From NCBI RefSeq assembly GCF_009914755.1, contig NC_060931.1: a stretch of DNA of 64,000 bases, one strand, 5' to 3'. The stretch comes from the human T2T-CHM13v2.0 reference genome, Homo sapiens. The notes below the pieces were generated by a model, which made no database searches, had not been told where the DNA came from, and saw nothing but the letters and a program-made list of their open reading frames with translations. The translations under genes and the position numbers were made by a program. Below are positions 42,701-56,103 of this stretch, piece after piece; within the stretch, counting starts at the first letter, position 1, and every line of letters begins with the position of its first letter.

Positions 42701-43290
42701 ACAGAATAAAACAGACAAAAGTACCTGTCCTCGTAGCTTTTCTTAAGGCTTTCTGGAATGAACTAAAACATTAATGAATTGTTAATATGAAAAACAAACT
42801 AGTTTTCTTCATTAAATGGGTGTAGTTGCCAATGTAATAAAAATTATAAGTTAAAAATACTATCCAAGAATTTCTGTGACACCAAGACCTCTGAAGGTCT
42901 TTGCTACTGTGCTGATTGCAATGAACAGAACTTTTATATCCATTTGTTCTAGGAAAGTGTTGTTCTCTGGATACCATGTTGCCAAAGAAAAAAATATATC
43001 GTTTCTGGGTAGATTCAGAAACAGAGCTGTAAATGATTCTGGCAGGATGAGCATGGAAGGGAGAAGATATTAACAACTGGAAAATGGCCTTGTTGCCAGA
43101 GGCTCCATATGATGGCATTAGAAGCCACATGATAGAATTAGACTTGAGGTTATATGCAGGTCTGGTTAAGCTCAAAGCACCCATCAACTCCTTATGAACT
43201 GATTATAAGACAGCCATAGAGGCAGCTGAATGCACCTTTTATTATCTCAGTCAGGGAAGTCTTCATTTGAAATCCAGTGTGTGGGGAGAG

Positions 43291-43738
43291 TGATAAGAAA
43301 TCATGCCTATATTCCTAGATGACTACCATCCTACAATCCCACCCACCCATCCCTCAGTTTCTATCTTCAGCCCCATCACACAGGACCCGCTCATTCGGGA
43401 AAGTTCCAACCTAGAACATCCCCATTGCTCCAGGGAAAGAGGAAAGAAGAACAGAAGCAGCAGGAGGAGGAGAGAGAGGGAGGGTGGAAGGAAGTACTTC
43501 TGTCTTTGCAAGTGGTTTAGGTGTTCTGGGTGGTGCCAGCTGAGATGCAGCTGCTTTTGTCTTTGGACATCCTCCCACCTGGGCACCTGGGCACCTGGGC
43601 GCCATTCTCCATCTGATGCTAATCATCTCCACCAAACTGTGGGTTGTTTGTTGGTGGTGATTATGGAGTTTGTTTTTTACCCTTATATTTCCCATTAATT
43701 TTGTCCTGGCTTAGGTTTGTTTTCCTTCTGGTAATACA
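43291..43738 (+). mobile_element. Possible ancient LTR of unassigned family
   Basis: Purine tract ggggagag immediately before TG; segment ends ...taataCA about 450 bp later. No family recognised. Confidence 0.3.
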
Positions 43739-46700
43739 AGTCTTGAATAAATTCATTTGTTGCTTATGGGCAAAAGCAAATCTAACACAGCCAAAGACAT
43801 CTTCAGACCTTAAGAATGTTGGTTCACCTGTAAAATTTGCATCTACTCCAAGAACACTTAACAGAGCCCTCCCTTTTGGCTGTCAACATGCCCCTTCCAC
43901 TTCTCCTGGGGCTAAGAGGCCACCTCAGAACAGGTCCCACAGCTTCTCCAGAAAGAGCTATGCCCAAAGCAGATGGAACAATAGGAGGCTGCATCAGAGA
44001 AGAGTGTAGACTTGCTGTCTGATTTCTATTAAGTTCTTTCTGATTTTTTTTTTAAAAGCCAGGCACATGTTTATTTTCATAGTCAAAGAGTTGTAATCTT
44101 GGACATTGAAAATAAATACATTTTATGTATTTTAATTTATGGCTGTACTCTTAGGTAATTTTACTTGGTTTGAGCTCTGTTTCATTGTTTTACAAAGTGG
44201 TCTGGCTCCTTTAAGAAGCCACAAGTTGTAGACATTGAATCAAGCTGAGTCATTCATCCAGAGAGAGAATTAGGAACAGCTGGGGGCGGCCACTAGCAGT
44301 AAAAGCAGAGGCCTGAGAGGAACAAAATGCCTCTCTAGGAAATGTTCCAATACTTCAACCCCAAACAGAGAGAGGAAAATCTCACAGGCACCATCTTGCT
44401 AATGATGGCAAATCCCTGAGAATTGTGAAGCAAGGATGTTCCTGGGCCAGAGACCAGACTCTGGCACCTGCAGCCAGGGGCCAGGAGGGGTCGTGTGGGC
44501 CAGCACACCGCCACAGGATATTGGTCTTCAAAGGGTTTGGTGGCCCACGGGTCTCCCTTTCTATAAAATTCAGGGCTACTGAGCACCCTCTGTGACCCTT
44601 GAAAGGGTCAATTGCCTCATGACCTCTTTGCCCCAGTTGTTGGAGCCAGTTAGAGAGAAACTGAATTTCAGTGAGTTAAAGGATGACATTAAAAGTTGCA
44701 GTATGATTAAATGAAGACAACAGGACATGGTATTGTCTCCGGTGTGGAAAAAATAGAATCTGCAAACAATAAAAGACTAGAGGAATAATAATACTGTGGT
44801 TATATCTGGGCTATGGGCATTTTGGCCATTTTTATGTTCTGTGTATTTATTTATATTTTTATGTGTTATGTCTTACTTCTCAGTGTGGAATAAATATCCA
44901 CATTTGGTCCCTCCCTTTTTCAGTCAGTATTTTCTAAGCACATTCTGTGTGCCTGGCACTCTGCTGGGGAAGCAAAGGAAGCAAGTCCCAAGGCTTTACC
45001 TTGAGCTGCCACCTTCTATGGCACTGAAATCACCAAGCTCTCCCTGGGGTAGCTGAGCTTCTCTTCTCAGGGCCTGGGCCCCTTGCTGGTCCTCAGTGCC
45101 GGTCATGGACTCTGCCCAATACAAGTGAGATTCATGGCTGCCCTTCACTCCAGCCCTGCTCAGACATCAGCTGTCAGGAAGGACTTTCCTGGCCCCTCCG
45201 TGGATCACACTCTCACCTCCCATCAGGCTTTACTCTCCTTACCCTGCTGAGATTTTCATTATAGCACTTAGCAATATGTCTTTCTGTATGCATGTAGATA
45301 TGTATGCATGTTGAACACCGACCTCTCACGGGAATGCACTGTCTTTGAGGAAGGGTCTTTAATCCTGCTCATTGCTGTATCTCCACGACGCAGAACAGTG
45401 GCATGCTAAGTCTTGTTGACTTGAAGTCAGGTGCTCTTCCTCAAGGGGAAAAGTTGTATTAGGTGTACTTGAATATATAGAGAATGAATCCCGATCCACA
45501 AATGCAGGTGATAAGAAATGTGGTTTCTATTTTCTACAATGATATTTTTAAAATTATGAATTCCCACTCTGCTGGCAGAGTGGAAAATTTCAGAGGGTCC
45601 TCTGCCAACCAGGCCATCACATTGTGCCTGTCCCCAAAGTCCCTTCGTGCCTGGCGGCCTTCTGCTGCTTCTGGGCAAGGCTGAAAACCTCAGTACCTGT
45701 GGCCCCCGCTCCCCAGCTCCTCCAGCTGGAAGCTCTTCCTCTCCCGGCTCTGGCCCAGACCTGGCCCCTGCCAGGAAGAACCTGCCGAACTTGCTCCTTG
45801 CCTCAGCTAGGGGAATTACCTTTTAGTCTGACAATTCTTGCCTGTTTTTCCAAGCCATTCTGTTTCCTCAAACCCAATCCTCCCCTTGGACTCTGGCTTT
45901 TTAGAAGACAAAAGCCAGAAATGCTCCCAGGGTCCTTCTGCATCTCATCCTGCCGCTCACCTCCCTAAAGCAAGGACACGGGTCAGCTATACCTGCTCAA
46001 AAGGGGAATGAAGAAGGAAAACGTCAGTAACTCTGACTAAAGGCAGAAACGTGCTTTCTTGGAGTGAGACAGAGAATGCACAGAAGAACATGATTATAAG
46101 CAGGGAGTGGGTAAAGAGAACAGGGAAGGAGGGAGGCTTACTGGCCCTCTTATGCTTTTGAGCTGAGTCTCAAAGGCTGGGCGGGATTTCATTTGACAGA
46201 GCACACCGAACAGAAAGGCAGGAGCAGAAAGAAAATAGAAGTGGTGTTTGCATGAAGGTAAATCATCTCATCTGACTAGACACATTTGAGCAGTGAGAAA
46301 ATAAACCAAAAAAAGTAGGCTGGAGTCAGTTTGTGGCAGGCCTTCAGAGCCCAGGGTGTTTTGACATCAACTTAAGTAGTTGGCAGCCATTGAGTCAGAG
46401 AGTGAGTTGATTAGACTGCTGTGTTAGAAAATGAAATAGCAACGCTGTCTAGGATGGATTAATGGCTGGGACTGTTGAAAGACTAGAGCAGGGAGACCTT
46501 TCAGTAGGTTGTGCAATCATCTAGAAACTGGAAGGAAAAGGAGGAACGAGCTGCAAAAGATACTGCTGAAGAAGAGTAAACAGACTTTGGCCAATGGGTG
46601 AATATAAAAGAAGGACAAGAGAAAGCTGTTGATGGTAAGAATGTGGATGTTCTCACAGACCAGGGAAAACGAAGGGAAGCTGCTGGTTTGCGGGAGGATG

Positions 46701-49700
46701 AACAGGCTGGTCATGTTGAATCTGAGTTTCCATCAGGACAGCTGGAGCTATGGGCAGGGAGCTCAGAAGAGAAGGCAGGACTTTCCCTGTGATAGGAAGA
46801 GAACAGGGTCATGATGCTGTGGGAGTATGTGGTGGTAAAAGAGGAAAATTGAGGGATATGGTGTTGGTTGCTTTGATCTTCTCAGTAAGGTAGGAGACAA
46901 GGCCATTCGCTGAGATAAGGGAAGCCACACTGTGTCATCTTGGAGTTTGAGAGTGGACATGGTTTGAAACAGCTGCACCAGTGAACAAAAAAGGTGTCAA
47001 TTACTGAGGAGCAAATGTGTAGACCTGTACAACCTCAAGTGTTCTCTCCCATAAATACAGAATCCTTTTATGGTGATTTAATAAAATCTGTCCAGGCAGA
47101 TGTGAGAAGAAATAGCCTTTAAATCGCATATCTAGTTTGAGGCATGTATTATGTTTTATACTCTCTGATTTCTGGTAGATAGTTCTCTCTTTCTTATTGC
47201 TATGCCATTTATTAGCAATTTATCTGTTTTGTAAATTTATCAAGATGCTAGAATCCCTCAGCATGGTACACATGAAAACGTAGCAACCAGTCATTGCCAG
47301 CTCTCATGGTATGTTTCCCGGTGTCGAACTTCTGTCCCCAGAGACGCTTGTCATCACCTGCTGTCTACTCCAAATGCCAAGTTGTTTTCTTCACTTGGTG
47401 GCTTTGGGCAGAGGGGGAGAAATGGCTCATCACAAAGACCAGCAGCACCTTGGGCTTCAAAGGTGGGGGTTACACCTGCACCTGGGGCTAGGGAGAAAGG
47501 GGCAAGCTTAACATTCATCTCACTTTCTGGGGTGGTACCAAACGTTGCTGCTGGTGGTTCAAGAACTCATCCCATTTCACCTCCTTTTGGTCTTTTCCAA
47601 GGCTTCCCACACCTTCCTTGTCTCTCTATATTCTCATCTCTGTTTTCATTTTATGGTACCTGCTGTTGGGGATCTAAGGATTTGTTTGGAGTGAGAAGTA
47701 GGGGAGAATAACACAAACCTCTCTGCATTCTTAGCCTTACTAGCATTTTCTTTACTAAAAGACAACTCCATTGGAGTTGTTGGCACTGGTAGTTTTAAGC
47801 CACCTGGTTTCAGTTTACGTAACTGAGTATGTCCTAATCACACAGGATTACTGAATTGTTTTTCTCTTCCTTTAATGCTTCTACATTGAATATGTGACTA
47901 TCAACTCTTTTTTTTTACTCTAATCCAGCCCAAGAAGAGAAAAACGTTCCACTGAAGGGTAGGAAATGGCAGAAAATTTGGAACCGGGGCTCAGAATCGC
48001 ATGCTTCCCGGGATGGTGCACCTTTCTCTTCTGACTGTCCAGTGAGGGAAGAATGTGATCTAGAAGCAAATCCACATGGACCTTGGTTTACTTATGAGGC
48101 CAAAACAGAATTGCATTTCTCATTCCTTAAGAAACTAGAACTCTTAAGGAATTGTTCTGAGGCTCTAGCCTAACAAATATTAACATTTTTCGGGGACAGA
48201 GGAGCTAATTTAAGGGAACCGTGACTGATTAGAGATTCCTTTTCCTCTGCCCTAACAAGGAAGACACATTCTAGTGGAATTTTACCCTGAAGAAACTACC
48301 TCATTGGAGCAAACAAAATCCACCCTTCATCCAGTCCAAGATCAGCTTCCATTTTCCAGGGCAACATCACTCCAAACCTTTTTTGATAGAATCTACTTTT
48401 TTTTTTTTTTTTTTAACTTTTGTTTATTTTTGCCCCAAAGCCTTTGGCATTGTCCTCCAGTGAGTCACACTATGGAGCCATTTCAAAATGTCCTCCTTAA
48501 AGAATGTTTCTCTTCCCAGGGGAGATGGGAAATTGGTCAATGACAGCATGTTCTGGCATGTTACGGTGCAACGTGTGAGGATTTTAGTAAGGAGATGCCA
48601 TTTCACACGCCGCCAAGGCCACTTGATGGATGGGCTTGCAGGGAAACAGCCTTCTAGATCTTTCCTGGCTCTACAGAGACAAGATGGAAAAACTAAAGCA
48701 TGGCCATTAGGGGTTTCTTCCAATCAGTGTAATAAGGGAATCAGTCCTTCTACTCTCCCATGACAGAAGTTTAGGGCAGTCATTTGCAAATTCAGATTTT
48801 GCAACAAAATAATTAAATCATCATGGGATGGAAGACAAAAATAAGAGGAGAGAAGGCAGATACTGGCGTGTTTGGAGGCTTAGCAGGCTCCAGCACAGTA
48901 ATGCTGATGCCCAGGCCTGTACCAGTGATACTCTCTTCCCCTGGAAGGTCTCCAGTCTCACCCCCACTCCTTGGTTTGGAGTAATTAGTCATCCTCTGTC
49001 CTCTGTTCTCAAAGCACTTCGGACCTTCATCTATTAAAGTAGGTGGCACACTGGGATTATTTATGCAGTGGTCACCAGCCTTCCCTTCATAAGCATCTGT
49101 CCCCATTTAGAGCACCTCAGCGGCAGAGCATAGATTTGTCCTCATATCTTCAGCACCCAGAGCACGTCTTCAAGAAGATTAACATGGCACATCCTGCTGT
49201 AAGATGGAAGTGTGACTGAGGCAGGAGTCTGGGGCAATTTCTGTTCCTGGTGCTGAGTGTCTAGATTTCCTATTCTTATCACACAACATCCCCGCATACT
49301 CGCAGGTCCCTCAGGCACTTCTTTTGCTCCCTTTGACTCATGTATGAAAATTTAAAGTATCATCAAACATTACTAGGGGTACATGTGAATTTTGATTGTG
49401 AACATTCATTGGGAAATTAGGGAAATCACCAGTGTGTATTCCCACTGCATGTCAAAATGTAGAGACTGGCTTTAATGTTTTTACTGAGCTTTAATATCTG
49501 CATATGGTGGATGTTTTCTGGCTCCTGGCTGCGCAACATCCAGGCTCCCTTTCTTCTAGTGACAATGCCCTGGGTTTATTTTGTTTTGTTTTGTTTGGTG
49601 GTGGGCAATTGTCTGTCCCCCATTGGGTGCAGTCCTGATGACACTGAGTTCAAGGTGGCCCACCCTCCCTCCTCAGCATGAGATGAGTTTTCAGTGGCTG

Positions 49701-51004
49701 CCACTGGCTGTGGTGTGGGATTGGTGAGAGGAAGCTTTTACATTTGAGTTTTTCGCAATGAACAGCTCTTTCTTTTGCAATTTGAAAATTAAAGATTTAA
49801 GAAAAAGATTAACATTTGCCCAAAAGACCTGGCTAGACGCAGTGAAGTTCCTTGTGAATCTGTGTGAGCAGCAGCCGCAGCCCTGGCTTGCTGTCCTGAC
49901 ACACACAGCACCCAGGGGAATGCAGACGGCCCGCGTCATACTCCTGAAGTTGCCAAAAATCCCTTTAAAATGATTGAGCAGATGTCTTTTCTTGGGTTTG
50001 AGCAGATATAAATCACAGCAGTCTGCTTTTAATTCCTAGGCTCGGTGTCTTAGAGGCAACAAAATCAATCCCTTTCAGGTTGGTTTTCTGAATGTTTTTT
50101 AAATCTTCAGAATTTTAATAACAATAACTGCTACAATATGCAAGAAAAAGTAAACACATCTGTGCAGGTAGCTATATTTCACCCCAGGGCACACACTTCC
50201 TGTGTGATGGTGGAGTTGAACAGGCAACTCCCAGTCATCTCTGCAGCTGGCCCTGACCACCAGAGGTCAACCCCTCAGGGGCCCAGCATGGAGAATGAAA
50301 TGGTTTCTGAGCTTAGAGCCAGAGGCTTACATGGCACAAAATGGACACAGCCCAGGCCCATGTATCATTAGCAGTAAGAGTTGGCGGGGCGGGGGGCGCT
50401 GTTATTCACAAGAAGAAACAAAGGGAACGCCAGACTTTCCTCAGGAAATCAGAGTTTAAGTCAAGCAGCTCACCACAAGATCTTAGCCCTTGGTTTCTGG
50501 TCTTACCTGTCATATTTTTGGTGGCATTAGAAAAGATAACTTGGGGACTTCACATCAATCAATAATTAATTCAAAGCTCTTAGTACTTTCCAGAGAATCA
50601 CAATTCAAATTTACATTAGCCCCTCTTGGGTCTCCAGAGCAGATACTGCATCAAAAAGTTTCCAAGGTTCTGGTTTACACCACTTTCAAAGTAAAGCCCA
50701 TTAATAATGGCAGTACAGACCCTAATGCCTACCCACTGATAGGCGAGAAGAGCTGAGGGATCCGGAGCAGGGTGCCTGATGGGAAGAGGATGGGGTTGAA
50801 CAGAGACCCACTTTGATTCCTGATGGGCTCTGCCATTAGCTGTGGAAACTCAGGGGTGTGTGTGCGTGTGTGTGTCTTCCTTTTCTTTCTTTCATATAAA
50901 AGAAAGCATCATATATTGTTAGATGCCTTGCGTTTTTTTATTTAATAACATAACGAAATTGGAACAAAGTTTAAGGCTACTTTTAGACTTTCTGTCATCT
51001 CAAA

Positions 51005-52585
51005 CAGTGGTCTCCAAATCTTTTTGCTGTCAACTTTATTAAAAAATTACTGAAGATACATATATAATATATATTTAATATATAATATATTCCACTTTGA
51101 TTAAAATTTCATAATGTAAATATTAATACAGCAGTGGCATGATTATACTCTATAAGTAATTATATATAATATATAATAGATTATAAGTATATTGTTATAT
51201 ATTTATTTATATATAGATATATAAAAATTATATATTTATACATTATAAATGTTATATAATTATATATAATGATATAACATATAATATATAATTATAAGAA
51301 TTAGATTTATATATTATATCTTATAAATGTTATATTATAAATATATCATATATAAAATTATTTCATTTATAAAGTAATCATGCCACTACTGTACTAACAA
51401 TATTTACATTATGAAATTTTAATCAGAGTGGAAACTGCAAAAGGATAAAATAAAGATAAATTTTAAATACTTTTTAAAAATTGTATTTGATTTTTAATGG
51501 TAAAAAATGCTTTCTAAAATATTACTGTTAATATCTTCGATAGGACCAATGTGTTGAATATGCCTTGTCATTTTCAAAAAGTCTTGGGTTACCCTTTTGT
51601 GATATAGTCGTTCATACGTCTGGCTATACATACAGTTTATTTTAATGCTTGGTTTCAAAGTCCATCAGAGCTGAAAAAGACACTTAACAGAGGTATGTAG
51701 GTCCAATAGAAGAAATGCCTCATCAGATGAGCTTCACTAATTCCCAAAACTCATTTTTCAGTCTCATCTATTACACAAAGACAATTGTTGAAATTTTCTT
51801 TGCTTTTAAGGGTTTTTTAGTTTTGTTTTTGTAATGTGCATATAGTAAGATGGGAACATTTCCAAACATCTGTTTTCAAAAGGCTCTTGCCATCGATTCA
51901 ATTTCTTTTGAGAAGAAGTTAACTTTCTCACTAATTAATTTCACTAAGTGAAAATATCACTTCTACCTTGAAAAGATGGACTGTGTGTTTACTTTAAAAA
52001 ACGTATCTGCTAGGCGACATACTAACAATCGCCACTTGCCATGACAGCACGTCTGCAGTGCTTGTCTTTTTGTCAAAGAAGGGATCCAGGACTCAACCTC
52101 AGGTTCCACAGCTCCTTTAAGTGCACTGCCATGAGATAAGCAGTGTGGTACAGCAGTCCCCCTTGACCACTGGCCATCAAATTGCAGTGTTATAATCATC
52201 CTACTCTTTGAAAGGCTTTGTTTTTATGAAACTAATCATATTGATAACATCCTATATGAATGTCAGTTGCAATTATTGGCAATACGCTACTAGACGCAGG
52301 ACCGTGAGAAGACGCTTCGGTGGACCTCCTCCATGTGCCTCTCCCTCTTTGCAGATGTTGTCTACCTACAGCAATTGCAGTCACATAAGACATCTGACTG
52401 TCTCATGTCTGAACTGAGGGAGGGCATCATGAGAATCCAGCATTACATACTAGGAAAGCCTAATTGTGTTCTCATTTTGAAAGGAAGCAAATATAGACAG
52501 ACATTCTAGTATTTTCTCCTTGGACTGTAACGGATTGTCTTGAACATCTGTGGAGGGCATGCACTGTACTTGGAGAGTCTCTACA
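51005..52585 (-). mobile_element. hAT-Charlie DNA transposon remnant (Charlie16-like)
   Basis: Terminus cagtggtctccaaa at 51005 and a degenerate opposite end ttggagagtctc. Minus strand ~51630-51705 reads GPTYLC*VSFSALMDFETKH*NKL, matching the hAT dimerisation motif TYLCExxFS...KTKxRNKL. Confidence 0.75.
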
Positions 52586-52929
52586 CAAAGGACTCTCTAC
52601 AATTAAATCCAAAAACTAGTTTTTCTTTAGTTTCCCTTTCTTCTAAAGTAAAATACTTGCCAGATTCAATCTTTTCCTTTCTTCTTCTAAAGTAAAATAC
52701 TTGCCAGATTCAATCTTCATAGAACTGTATCCTCAAATGAGTTGGCTAGGGTTGCCCCTGGAAAGTCTGCCAACTTCTGCCCCCACCGCCACCTCAGCGC
52801 TCCCCACTGGCCTAGTACCTGGGTCAGGGTGATGATAAAAATGAAAACATCTACAATTTCCATGTATTGAGCCATTATCCTGTGCTATTCCCTATGCTAA
52901 GTGCTCTGGAAAGATATCAATTCTCTTTA

Positions 52930-53850
<921 letters not shown>

Positions 53851-55175
53851 ATCTCATAGTACCCTTGTAAATAGGTACTACTCTAGTGACATGTGAACCC
53901 AAAAGAACCTCAGAAGTCTCCTCTTCTGGCTACCTTCCTTGAGTTTTTGGGAGGCTGGTATGGTGAAGTGACTTCTCCTAAAACGTCCAGTGCATGTGTG
54001 ATCCATATGAAACTAAACCCAGGTCTCCCAGCCAGTCAGTGCCCTTTCCAGTACATAGTTATGAGACTAAATACAGCTAATTTAACTTGCAGATGGGGCT
54101 ATATGAAAAACTTCTTGCGTCCTACCCTGTCCCAGTTTATTCTCTGCAATAATTAAAATCTGCTTTTGATCAGAATATTTGATTTAATGACTTCTAGGAC
54201 ATGGGTACAATGAACAATTTAAAAAGGAAGATCACAAACCTGAACGTAATCAGGCACAACATGAGAAATTAAAAGAATAAACTCCATAAACTATTTGCCG
54301 CAAGAACAGGCTTTGACTTTTTAAATTTAATTCTCCAGTGAGCCAGTTCATAGATGGGTAATATGAGAAGGAAGTGATGTGGAAAAATCCACACGTCTTG
54401 TAGAATTTCAGAGATGTGAGCACATGATGCATAAATCGAAAAGATGTGCCAGGATGTGACATTTTAGTCAGAAAACTGCTAATGAATGTATATTTATAAA
54501 TGTATATATTGATGCCAGCTTATCTTAATTTTTTTTGATATTCTAACAATGATACAAAATTAGGTTGTTCTTTATTTGGGGAAAAGAAGTAGAGAATTTG
54601 AAGCCCAAATTAAAATGGCTCTTATAACTAATGTAGCCTGCAGGCTCTTTCAGAAGTGTGTACACCTCAAACTCAAAGAAGGAAAAAGAAAATGAAAAGG
54701 CAAAGATTAAGTTTGTTCTCTGCATAAGAGCATCTGCTTATCAAGAATTGATTCATCATTACTTTTATATATAATATTTTTATTTCAAAGAATTCTTTTG
54801 TTCTAAGACTTTATACATTTGAGAATCTTTTCCCCAAAACTATTATAGCTTCATCCATTTATTTGGGATAATTGAGCTATTCTTATCCAATAATATTTCC
54901 AAACACCTTCACGGCATGCCAAACTTCTGTTATTGGCAGAAAAAGATGTTACAGCTTTGTTTGTTACAACTGCACTTTTCACTTACTCTTAGAAGAAATT
55001 AAAACTTCCTATTCAAGACCCTAAAATTTCATTTATACATCTTGTCTCAGTGTCACATCATCCATACCTTTCATCCTTTAAGTTAAATAATGTAATTCTT
55101 ACTCATGTACTCATGTTAATTTTGTAGTAAACATCTCCCCCCAAAAACAAAAGCTCACTTGTTTCAAGGATAATT

Positions 55176-55181
55176 TTTATT
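55176..55181 (-). terminator. CPVL: CPVL polyadenylation signal AATAAA
   Basis: TTTATT on plus strand ~120 nt past the stop, followed on the minus strand by a GU/U-rich element (GTGAGCTTTTGTTTTTGG). Confidence 0.8.
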
Positions 55182-55299
55182 GATGAAAAAAATCTTGCAG
55201 ATATGAAAAGATAATTTTTTTATTCCTATGACATTTTCTGTTTTTACGATTTTCTTTTCAGCAATGAAAACCTCTGATGTTCTCTTTTGGGAAGGTAGT

Positions 55300-55410
55300 T
55301 TATCCAACATAAGGATCCCATCCTTTTCCATAAATGAATCGATTAATCATGTCAAAAGCTCTCAGAGGCTGGTCATAGGGTAAAATATGTCCTCCACCTC
55401 GAATAATTAC
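55300..55410 (-). CDS. CPVL: Last coding exon of carboxypeptidase, vitellogenic-like (serine carboxypeptidase S10)
   Basis: Minus strand reads VIIRGGGHILPYDQPLRAFDMINRFIYGKGWDPYVG*, containing the S10 catalytic-His motif GGGHxxPxDQP. Preceded by a pyrimidine tract and AG acceptor (55411-55412), phase 0; TAA at 55300-55302. No upstream CPVL exon recognised in 55413-64000, so that stretch is taken as the last intron. Confidence 0.95.
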   Translation of the reverse strand, partial: VIIRGGGHILPYDQPLRAFDMINRFIYGKGWDPYVG

Positions 55411-55947
55411 CTTAAAAAGAAAAAGTAAAAGAACGGAAATTTAGAGAAATGGATATTCTAAATACATGGAAAGTTTTCATTCAGATTAAACTCTATTTAA
55501 AACTCACATGAAATACAGAACATATTCTCCCAATGCATGCCTTTGGACAAGCTGCCTATCTGGCTGTTGATGGCTTTTGTAACAGGCATGTTAAGGTAGA
55601 AAAGTTTTAAAGCTTAGTTAATTTTACGCAAAGTTGTATTCTTTTCTCATGAGTGTAAAAATTGAAAATTATTCCTTGTCTTTTTCCTCTAGAGAGTGAT
55701 CTGCCTGCTCCCCGCAGTTGAGAGTGCTGCACTGCAAGTGTTACCTGGTGAGGCCCACCTCCAGCCCACTACTTCTGGGGTATGTGAGGTCTGCCTGCAA
55801 TGGGGTGGATTGTCTACTTAATTCCACCCTTCAGTTAGCCAGCCCAATTGTCCCTCACACTGAGCCATACCTTCCATTTTAGCCTTTATCAGTAATGAAG
55901 GGGAAATTTTGGTTCTCAAAAAAATTAAAAAACCAAAAACATCCTTG

Positions 55948-56103
55948 ACTGAGGCAGGAAGATGACCTGAACCCAGGAGTTGGAGTCTGCAGTGAGCTAG
56001 GATCATGCCACATGCACTGCACTCCAGCCTGGTTGACAGAATGAGACCCCATCTCTTAAAAAAAAAAACCAAAAAACAAAAAAAAAAAAAACAAAACAAA
56101 AAA
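55948..56103 (+). mobile_element. Alu right-arm fragment
   Basis: ctgaggcaggaagat...ctccagcctgg..., A-rich tail. Confidence 0.85.
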
